Part shown: in pieces, positions 20,780-28,233 of the stretch
Layout of the letters: each line of letters opens with the position of its first letter
Position numbering within the stretch: position 1 is the first letter of the stretch
Assembly (NCBI GenBank): GCA_963719515.1
Contig: CAVRCJ010000013.1
Coordinates: 64,001 to 128,000 of the forward strand
Origin: an uncultured cyanobacterium
GTDB taxonomy: Bacteria; Cyanobacteriota; Cyanobacteriia; CAKZMO01
Length of the DNA: 64,000 nucleotides
Direction of reading: 5' to 3'
The notes under the pieces: model-generated
Databases searched by the model: none
What the model saw: the letters and a program-made list of their open reading frames with translations, nothing else
Told to the model about the DNA's origin: nothing
Position numbers and translations under genes: made by a program

Positions 20780-21481
20780 ATGCCTAGCGTATGGCGAAGA
20801 CCCTCAGTACTTCCAATTGACTGGCTTTCGCAGGCCAGGCTAGATGCGCTGCAGTTTACGCCTGCACACGAAGAAAAATGCTTCAATTCTATCCACGGCG
20901 GGGCTGGCTACCGGTGGCAGCACGCTCAGGTTTACCGGGGATATGTCCTTTGCTTAGTTACAACCGGTGATTCGGGCGGCTACGTGTACTTGGTCGTGAG
21001 CCCATACTATGAACGCCATCACCCCATTATTGGGTTTAACTTTGACGAAGTCAGCGCTGTGGCAGAGGCTAAGGCCAAAGTTGATGCTCAGAGCCCAGTG
21101 GGCTATCAGTGGACCCGGGCCGAAATTTATCGGGGGCATGTGGTTTGCTCCGTTGAGGTTGACGACTCAGGCGGCTGGACTTACCTAATTGTCAGCCCCC
21201 ACTACCATCAAGATTTTCCGATCGTTGGCGTCAACGCCAAAGCAACCACCGCTCTAGCCTGTGCGACAGTTCAAATCGATGAGCGCTACGAAAAGCGGGC
21301 CCTGCAGGACTATCTCCTCAAGCACCCAGAAGCACAGTTTCTTGACGACGGCGCTATTGCTCGCCTCGCCGGTATCCCGCCCCATGAACTCCATCCTCGC
21401 GGGCGTTCGGGTCGGCCCTTCCGCCCGGTTCATTTAGAACGTCAGCTCCCGACGGATGTCTATTTTAACGATGGGCCGTGA
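20780..21481 (+). CDS. Hypothetical protein with tandem internal duplication and putative C-terminal HTH
   Basis: 233-aa ORF with two similar blocks of about 65 aa (GY.W..A..YRG.V.C.V...DSGG..YL.VSP.Y....PI.G.N), which supports coding status. Confidence 0.7.
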   Translation: MPSVWRRPSVLPIDWLSQARLDALQFTPAHEEKCFNSIHGGAGYRWQHAQVYRGYVLCLVTTGDSGGYVYLVVSPYYERHHPIIGFNFDEVSAVAEAKAKVDAQSPVGYQWTRAEIYRGHVVCSVEVDDSGGWTYLIVSPHYHQDFPIVGVNAKATTALACATVQIDERYEKRALQDYLLKHPEAQFLDDGAIARLAGIPPHELHPRGRSGRPFRPVHLERQLPTDVYFNDGP

Positions 21482-21507
21482 CTTTGCTGGCCTGTAGTCT
21501 GCCTCTA

Positions 21508-21956
21508 GTGACATACTCCCGACGCTCATCTTTTAGATAGAGCGCGGGCTTCTTGGCTCACGCACCACAATTTAATGGATGCCGCGCAAGAAGGTGTCCT
21601 GCTTCATCTGGTCCTGTCTAGTTACGCAGCAAGCCGTGCAACCCCGATTAGATCCCATCGACAGGCAATTTGTTTAATGTCCAGGCAATGACCAACCCCA
21701 GACAGTGACGAGTATTCAATTTCCAGCTACGGTTTCTACCGTCTGCACTGTTCACCAGCCAAGGGCTGTACGTTTGTGTCAGGATAGCAGGCCGCCGCCA
21801 TGAAATAGTTTGAGCTTGGTTCAATTGTACCCTTTGCTCGCCTCGGCGCTGCTCTTAATTGCCGCCTTCGGCATCCAGTCAAGGGCGCACCTCGACTCGC
21901 TCGCTTACATCCCGACGCTGATGCTGCGCATACAGCGCGGGGCTTTCACGAACTAG
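21508..21956 (-). mobile_element. Non-autonomous IS200/IS605 mini-element (449 bp), copy 2
   Basis: 98.7% identical to 6118-6566, same ends, different flanks; left flank TTAG on the minus strand. Confidence 0.9.
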
Positions 21957-22073
21957 CTAAGACTAGAGCCCCTACCCTTGTGAGGGCTACTCCGGAGTGG
22001 TAGGTCAATCTTGATGCACAGGCTCTACGCATCGCGCCATAATGCATAGGTTGTACATCGCAATAGGCTATCT

Positions 22074-22406
22074 ATGGATCAGTACTATAACCCTGAACAT
22101 TTGCCGCGATTTGCTGATATTGGCGCGGGAAATGCTGAGTTGGCAGAGAAGTTTTTTGCCTATTACGGGGCGGTGTTTGAGGAGGGAGCGCTCTCGAAGC
22201 GGGAGAAGGCGCTAATTGCGCTGGCGGTGTCCCATGCGGTGCAGTGTCCCTATTGCATTGACGCCTATAGTAAGGCCTGTCTGCAGGAGGGGTCGGATTT
22301 GGAGCAGATGACGGAGGCGGTGCATGTGGCGGCGGCGATTCGGGGCGGCGCGGCGCTGGTGCATGGGGTGCAGATGGTGGATCACGTGAAGGATATTGCC
22401 ATGTAG
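22074..22406 (+). CDS. Arsenosugar biosynthesis-associated peroxidase-like (AhpD/CMD) protein
   Basis: REKALIALAVSHAVQCPYCIDAY, EAVHVAAAIRGGAALVHGVQM; adjacent to an ArsS-type radical SAM gene. Confidence 0.88.
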   Translation: MDQYYNPEHLPRFADIGAGNAELAEKFFAYYGAVFEEGALSKREKALIALAVSHAVQCPYCIDAYSKACLQEGSDLEQMTEAVHVAAAIRGGAALVHGVQMVDHVKDIAM

Positions 22407-22424
22407 CCAGTTGGTTACCGCATC

Positions 22425-22703
22425 GTAGGGGCAAATGACCATTTGCCCTGACGTTGTTTGGGGTGTTGGGTTTGATGTTGACGGTTTTGGTCGAGCCGCA
22501 AGAATTGGGGACGCTTGTCCCCAAGCCCCTGCTGAGGGCGGGTTGCTGCCCCCAGACCCCCTGCAAAAGTGATCTGCTCAGGTTTGGTGCTGTTTTTGGA
22601 TTTGTCGGTATGGAGTTCAGGTCGCCTCTTTAGGTTGGGCCTATGGAGCAGGAAGTCAAAACACAGTAAGGTAGGTCGGGTTGAAGCGCAGCGTAACCCG
22701 ACA
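22425..22703. repeat. Cluster of REP-like/short palindromic repeats
   Basis: GTAGGGGCAAATG-AC-CATTTGCCCTGAC (22425-22452); TTGGGGAC-GCTT-GTCCCCAA followed by a CCCCCAGACCCCC tract (22505-22562); GTAGGTCGGGTTGAAGCGCAGCGTAACCCGAC (22671-22702). Confidence 0.65.
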
Positions 22704-22867
22704 TCACAGTGGGTACGGCTGGGGGCGATCGCAATCATGCAGGGCCCACCGGCGGCTGCGCAGAGTCGAAACCACAGGGAATTCTCACCTACCCTTCAGG
22801 TCAGCGTTAGGTTTAGTCGTTACACTCGTTAACGTCTATGTCCTGTAGAAATCTTAGGAGACCCTGT

Positions 22868-23968
22868 ATGGTGCAGTCGAAGCGAGAGGCCAACCACGTC
22901 AGCAGCTCTAATCCGACTCAATCGCTGCAGTGGCGACGATCGCCCTTAGCGGACCCGCATCATCAGCTTCAGGCATTAGACGCGGTTGCCCTATCGCATA
23001 CGGCTCATAACGGTGATTTTTCGGAGGCGATCGCTCACCACGGCTGGAAGGACCTACGTCCGGCGACCCTAGAAATTTTTCAGATCAACGTCGGCAAGCT
23101 GTGCAACATGACCTGCCGCCACTGCCATGTGGACGCGGGTCCGGACCGACGGGAGAACATGGACCGGGAGACGGTGGATGCTTGCTTAAGCGCATTGGAC
23201 ATGACAGGGGCGCATACAGTGGACTTGACGGGGGGGGCGCCGGAGCTGAACCCCCATTTTCGCTATTTGGTAGACGAATGCGTAAAGCGCGGAAAGCAGG
23301 TTATCGACCGCTGTAATTTGACGGTGCTGCTGCTGCCGACTATGGCGGATCTGCCCCAGTGGTTTGCAGAGCGGGGGGTGGAGGTGGTGTGCTCGCTGCC
23401 TCACTACCGCAAGTTCAATACCGATAGCCAGCGAGGAGAGGGCACGTTTGAGAAGTCGATTGAGGCGCTGAAGCTGCTCAACGCGGCGGGCTATGGCAGT
23501 GGCGACCCCAAGAAGAAGCTGACGCTGGTGTCGAATCCGGTGGGGGCATTTTTGGCCAGCAATCAGGCCAAGCTAGAGGAGGAGTGGAAGCGGGGCCTGA
23601 TGAAAAACCACGGCGTGCGCTTCGATCGCCTAATTGCGCTGAACAACATGCCGATTTCCCGCTTTTTGGAGTGGCTGCAGGAGTCGGGGAATTTGGAAGG
23701 CTATATGGAGCTGCTGGTGAACGCCTTTAACCCGGCGACGGTGGAGGGGCTGATGTGCCGCAATACCTTATCTGTGTCTTGGGATGGGCGGCTGTTTGAC
23801 TGCGACTTTAACCAGATGCTGGACTTGGAGATCGATGTGGCGGCTGCGCCGAATATTCGCGACTTGCAGCCGGAGTGGCTGCAGCGCTCGATTGTCGTAG
23901 GCCGGCACTGCTTTGGCTGCACGGCGGGGGCGGGAAGCTCCTGCGGCGGGGCGATAGAGGCAGGGTAG
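22868..23968 (+). CDS. arsS: Arsenosugar biosynthesis radical SAM protein (ArsS family, DUF3641 C-terminus)
   Basis: CNMTCRHC cluster motif, DLTGGAPELNP, MCRNTLSV, DCDFNQ, C-terminal HCFGCTAGAGSSCGG. AGGAG RBS precedes ATG 22868. Confidence 0.88.
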   Translation: MVQSKREANHVSSSNPTQSLQWRRSPLADPHHQLQALDAVALSHTAHNGDFSEAIAHHGWKDLRPATLEIFQINVGKLCNMTCRHCHVDAGPDRRENMDRETVDACLSALDMTGAHTVDLTGGAPELNPHFRYLVDECVKRGKQVIDRCNLTVLLLPTMADLPQWFAERGVEVVCSLPHYRKFNTDSQRGEGTFEKSIEALKLLNAAGYGSGDPKKKLTLVSNPVGAFLASNQAKLEEEWKRGLMKNHGVRFDRLIALNNMPISRFLEWLQESGNLEGYMELLVNAFNPATVEGLMCRNTLSVSWDGRLFDCDFNQMLDLEIDVAAAPNIRDLQPEWLQRSIVVGRHCFGCTAGAGSSCGGAIEAG

Positions 23969-23983
23969 GCTACCTCTAGGACA

Positions 23984-24342
23984 ATGAGCCCTATGGTTAT
24001 TACGCGTCGCAGATTCCTCAACAGCGCAGCGCTGGGCGGCCTCGCCTTCGGCCTAACGCTGTGGGGCTGCCGCAATCAAAGTTCAGAGGCCTTCGACCCG
24101 CTCCAAGGCGGCGTAGCGCCGCTGGCGATCGCCCGCCCGAAGAGGGAAAGCTGCAGGGGAAGAACGACGTCGGCACCCTGGGCTATGGTGGCTCTCGCCC
24201 GCCCAGGGGAACGCACCGCTATGCGTTTGAGGTGTACGCGCTGGACCAAGCGCTGGCGCTGACGGCGGGAGCGACAGCGCGTCAGGTGCTAGAGGCAATC
24301 GCTGGGCATGTGATCGCTGGGGGTGAGCCTATACGGCTATAG
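23984..24342 (+). pseudogene. Internally deleted, frameshifted YbhB/YbcL (PEBP/RKIP-like) lipoprotein gene
   Basis: Tat signal TRRRFL and lipobox LWGC in one frame; QGKNDVGTLGYGGSRPPRGTHRYAFEVYALD (YbhB C-terminal half) in another. The central DPDAP/HW region is absent. Confidence 0.75.
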
Positions 24343-25021
24343 CGCCCTGCAAACCCTTGAACAGCCGCAGTCCGTCCGTCAGGCCCAGGCGAGCGTCAGA
24401 GGCTCGTTCTGGGTGAGGCATTAGCCCGAGCACGTTTCCCTTGCGGTTGCAGAGGCCCGCAATATTGCTCAAAGACCCGTTGATGTTACCTTCTGGCCCG
24501 ATCTCTCCTGCCTCCGTACAGTAGCGGAACACCACCTGATGATGGCGCTCTAGGTCGGCCAGCGTCGACTCGTCGGTGTAGTAGCAGCCTTCTCCGTGGG
24601 CCACCGGCAGGGTGATCACCTCTCCGGCTCGATACTCGCTAGTCCAGGGCAAATTGATGCGCTCCACCCGCAGCGGCACGCGATCGCAGATGAAGTGCAG
24701 GTCGCGGTTGCGAACCAGCGCTCCGGGCAGCAGCCCCACCTCAGTCAAAACCTGAAACCCATTGCAAATTCCTAATACCAGCCCGCCCGCCTTGGCGTGG
24801 GCGACAGTGGCCGTCATGGCGGCAGAGAAGCGGGCTATAGAGCCGCAGCGCAGGTAGTCGCCGTAGCTGAACCCACCGGGCAGGATGATCAAATCGAGAT
24901 CGCTGAGGTCTTCGTCTTGGTGCCACACCATGCGGGTGGGGAGCCCCAGCAGATCTTGCGTCACCATCGCGGCGTCGCGATCGCAGTTTGATCCTGGAAA
25001 CACAATGATGCCGACATTCAT
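24329..25021 (-). CDS. purQ: Phosphoribosylformylglycinamidine synthase subunit I
   Basis: FPGSNCDRD, PGGFSYGDYLR, GICNGFQ, GLMPHPER. Confidence 0.97.
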   Translation of the reverse strand: MNVGIIVFPGSNCDRDAAMVTQDLLGLPTRMVWHQDEDLSDLDLIILPGGFSYGDYLRCGSIARFSAAMTATVAHAKAGGLVLGICNGFQVLTEVGLLPGALVRNRDLHFICDRVPLRVERINLPWTSEYRAGEVITLPVAHGEGCYYTDESTLADLERHHQVVFRYCTEAGEIGPEGNINGSLSNIAGLCNRKGNVLGLMPHPERASDARLGLTDGLRLFKGLQGAIAV

Positions 25022-25142
25022 GCCCTATCTCCCCTTTTGTAGCGCCTTCCGATTGTATCTCGCGGTCCTTGAATCACGGGCTTAGCCGTCCGAGTAGTCA
25101 ACTAGTACACTAGAAACAGTCGCATAGCAATATGCCTGAATC

Positions 25143-25454
25143 ATGGCTTCTCGGATAGTTCCCCTCTACCTCGACATTCGCTTCAATGCCCATCCCCACA
25201 CCTGCGGCGGAGAGCTGTTTTGCCCCAACTCCATTCCCCCCAGGGCCGGAGAAGGTATTTTCTGGGTCGACCCTAAAACCCAAAAGCTCGCCCTGTGGCA
25301 TATTCAGCGCGTCGAATACTATTGCGCTGTCGGATACCCAAAAGACCGCATTCCTAAGTCGTCCAAGGCTGCCGGTGCGGTCTGGCTAGACAGAATTGCT
25401 GAGGTAGACAATGGCCAACCGTCAACTGCTAAGGTCGATAGGTTTCAGGCATAG
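25143..25454 (+). CDS. Hypothetical protein (103 aa)
   Basis: ATG-started ORF filling the gap divergent from purQ; no motif recognised. Confidence 0.45.
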   Translation: MASRIVPLYLDIRFNAHPHTCGGELFCPNSIPPRAGEGIFWVDPKTQKLALWHIQRVEYYCAVGYPKDRIPKSSKAAGAVWLDRIAEVDNGQPSTAKVDRFQA

Positions 25455-25656
25455 CCGACCCCAAGTCAACGCCATCTCCACAGGATCTCTGCAGAGGGAG
25501 TGCCGCCTCCCCCCTAGGAAATTTGTCTCTCTCCTCAAAAGGCTAAATGGTCTATCCCCAGCGTCTAGACAGCCCATAATGAGTAGCTTGGGTTACAAAA
25601 TCTTGACAAATGCTTTGATAGTCTTACTTCACTATTAGCAAAACCACCCGGGCACC

Positions 25657-26373
25657 GTGAACGCTATTGAGATTCAGATTATTCAAGGCAACCCCCACCT
25701 GCGATCGCTGTTGAGCTGGCACCTCCAGCAGGTAGGCTTTACGGTCCACCAGTCAGCGGGTCTACAGCAGGCCAAAACCGTCGCCAATCTCTCACAGCCC
25801 GCGCTAGTTGTCCTGGATTCCGACATGCCCGACGGCGACGGCATTGAGTTTTGCCGGTGGCTACGGCCTCAAACCCCGTCTTTGATCTTGATTTTGTCTG
25901 CTCGCACCGCCGAATCTGACGTAGTGGCCGGGCTGCGCGCCGGGGCTGATGACTACTTAAGCAAGCCTTTTGGCATGCAGGAATTCTTAGCGCGGGTCGA
26001 TGCCCTAACTCGGCGCTGCCGGTCGACCACCGCCCCTGCGAAGCTAGACTACGGTGTCCTCACCATTGATTTAGTGCAGCGGCGCGTCTGCCTCAACAAC
26101 ACCTACATTGATCTGACGCCGCAAGAATTTAGCCTGCTGTATGTGCTAGCCCAGGCCAATGGAACCCCACTCACTCGCTCCGAACTGCTGCAGCGGGCTT
26201 GGCCAGACGCCATCGACAACCACCGCACCGTCGACACCCACGTGCTTTCGCTCCGAAAAAAGATCGAAGCCGAGCCCAGACAGCCCCACCTGATTCAAAC
26301 GGTCCGCAACGTCGGCTACCGGTTCAACGTCGAGGTGAGCGAGCCCGCTATGATGGCGCGCACTCCGGCCTAG
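25657..26373 (+). CDS. OmpR/PhoB-family response regulator
   Basis: Receiver domain (LVVLDSDMPDGDG, GADDYLSKPF) plus winged helix (LTPQEFSLL, RTVDTHVLSLRKK, IQTVRNVGY). Confidence 0.93.
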   Translation: MNAIEIQIIQGNPHLRSLLSWHLQQVGFTVHQSAGLQQAKTVANLSQPALVVLDSDMPDGDGIEFCRWLRPQTPSLILILSARTAESDVVAGLRAGADDYLSKPFGMQEFLARVDALTRRCRSTTAPAKLDYGVLTIDLVQRRVCLNNTYIDLTPQEFSLLYVLAQANGTPLTRSELLQRAWPDAIDNHRTVDTHVLSLRKKIEAEPRQPHLIQTVRNVGYRFNVEVSEPAMMARTPA

Positions 26374-26440
26374 CGGCGCTGCCCTATTCTCGAAAACGCC
26401 TAACGTTAGAATGAGTAAGGACATTAGGACGAGATGACGA

Positions 26441-26845
26441 ATGGAAAAGGTTCAAAAAAGCGAGCAGGATTGGCAACAGCAGCTGACCTCTGAGCAATTT
26501 CGAGTAACCCGCAAAAAGGGAACTGAGCGGGCATTTACCGGAGAACATTGGGACAACAAAGCCGAGGGGGTCTATCGCTGCGTCTGCTGCAATACGCCCC
26601 TGTTTAGCTCTGAAGCTAAGTATGACTCTGGTACGGGCTGGCCTAGCTTTTGGGCACCGCTAGAGGAAGACAACGTTGCCTTCGAAGAGGACAAAGGTCT
26701 ATTTATGAAGCGCACTGAGGTGCTGTGCGCGAGCTGCGACGCTCACCTGGGGCATGTTTTTCCTGATGGCCCTCGCCCCACGGGGCAGCGATACTGCATG
26801 AACTCTGCCTCCCTCACCTTTGAGTCGCAGTCCTCGGGGCAGTAG
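26441..26845 (+). CDS. msrB: Peptide-methionine (R)-S-oxide reductase
   Basis: GTERAFTG, SGTGWPSF, HLGHVFPDGP, RYCMNS. Confidence 0.97.
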   Translation: MEKVQKSEQDWQQQLTSEQFRVTRKKGTERAFTGEHWDNKAEGVYRCVCCNTPLFSSEAKYDSGTGWPSFWAPLEEDNVAFEEDKGLFMKRTEVLCASCDAHLGHVFPDGPRPTGQRYCMNSASLTFESQSSGQ

Positions 26846-26880
26846 CGCTCTCAGCGCTGACGCAGAGGCCGGGGACCGCA

Positions 26881-27384
26881 ATGCCCCCGGTTTTCTGGAG
26901 CGGCCAGCGGCACATAGAGGGGTGGGAGGAAGAGATCGAGTGGTCTAGCCACGCTCCCACCCCCTACATCAGCCGCAACTGGCCCCTTTTGCTCCCCGGC
27001 TGGTCCGAGCCTGTGGGCTCCGTTGTGCTGCTGCTGCAGCGCGCTCCCCTGCCGCTTGTTGCGCCATCAAAGTCTGTTGAGGTGAGCAAAACGCAGCTGC
27101 GCGATCGCGCTCTTTTGCTGGGTGGCGCTGCGGTTGAACTGCTGCAGGCCCAGGGTCACCTAGCGGCGCTGTTTGACCCCAAAACGGGGCTTCCCCTATT
27201 TTCAAGTCGGGGGAAGTCGTTAGACGATGTGGCCGTGGTGCAGTCGCTTTTAGGCTATCGAGCGGCCCGCGAGGGAGTCTGTACGCGCATCTATCATCCC
27301 CGTTGGGGGTTTGCGGTTTACCCCACAACGCTACTTTCGACAGCACCCCCAGCTCAAATCCGCGATCAGCTGGGCTTTGGCTGA
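26881..27384 (+). CDS. MMADHC/CblD-like protein
   Basis: DPKTGLP...LDDVAVVQSLLGY...C..IYHPRWGFAVYPTTL resembles the cyanobacterial methylmalonic aciduria type D-like family. Confidence 0.65.
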   Translation: MPPVFWSGQRHIEGWEEEIEWSSHAPTPYISRNWPLLLPGWSEPVGSVVLLLQRAPLPLVAPSKSVEVSKTQLRDRALLLGGAAVELLQAQGHLAALFDPKTGLPLFSSRGKSLDDVAVVQSLLGYRAAREGVCTRIYHPRWGFAVYPTTLLSTAPPAQIRDQLGFG

Positions 27385-27824
27385 GCCGCACGAACTTTGG
27401 TATACCACCACTGCTGCTCCTCGGGCGATAGCTTGATCCAGTACATCGTCATCATGACGGACTCGGTGGGATATTCCGGGTTAAGAATTTCCACTTGGTA
27501 AGAAGGCGATCGCTTCGCCGCAATATCGGGCACAAAGCGACGGCCAACGCGCCGCCAGCTGGGCTCTTTGCTGCGCCACTGCAAGCGACAGCAGGGCCAG
27601 GGCATCTCTTCGCGGTCGAACAGACGACAGCAGGGGCCAAGGACGCGGTAGGTGAAGTGACCGCCAGGGCTAGAAAAGGTCTGCCCATGGGCCAGGAGGC
27701 GGGTCGGACGCTCAGCCTCCCTTGAAGAAACAGCAGTGCTGTCCTCTAAATTGACGGTATCCTCGCGGCGATCGCTGTCGGATTTAAGCGTGAAGGGTAA
27801 CGGAATTTGAGCTTGATAACTCAC
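27366..27824 (-). CDS. Conserved cyanobacterial hypothetical protein
   Basis: YRVLGPCCRLFDREEMPWPCCRLQWRSKEPSWRRVGRRF block recognised from cyanobacterial hypotheticals. Confidence 0.7.
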   Translation of the reverse strand: MSYQAQIPLPFTLKSDSDRREDTVNLEDSTAVSSREAERPTRLLAHGQTFSSPGGHFTYRVLGPCCRLFDREEMPWPCCRLQWRSKEPSWRRVGRRFVPDIAAKRSPSYQVEILNPEYPTESVMMTMYWIKLSPEEQQWWYTKVRAAQPKPS

Positions 27825-28150
27825 GGGTCACGTCCATAAGGCAATGAGATCAGGCCTAGTTCGAGAGGCCTACTCCGTATCTATCAGTGTACTGACAAAC
27901 CCCTTCCTAGGTGGGTCAGTCTCAAGAATTGGTCTTTTGAAAAGCAAATATCAGCAGTATTCAGCCCATTGTCGTCCTGTGCCAGGTGAGATCGGATTGT
28001 AAAGCTTTAGTGTGTTGCATCCTAAAACTGCTGACCCAGCGAAGTGCTAGCGAACTAGCACAGACACAATGTTGTACTGCCCGCAGTACTTGCTACGGTG
28101 AGGCTCTATCCCAATCTCTTGCCAATGCGGGCTATAGCGGACGCAATAGG

Positions 28151-28166
28151 TGTGAAAACTTTCACA
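28151..28166. promoter_or_regulatory. CRP-family binding site (TGTGA-N6-TCACA)
   Basis: Exact TGTGA AAACTT TCACA inside the palindrome GGTGTGAAA-AC-TTTCACACC, 67 bp before the ABC transporter ATG. Confidence 0.6.
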
Positions 28167-28233
28167 CCGCCAACAGGGCGCAGACACCTCAGTTACTTCA
28201 AACACTGGACAGTCCTTAACTCCTGACGCCTGA

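Noticed and set aside
23935..23968. Selenocysteine recoding in arsS
   Set aside because: The candidate position is TGC (Cys) and the ORF ends at TAG.
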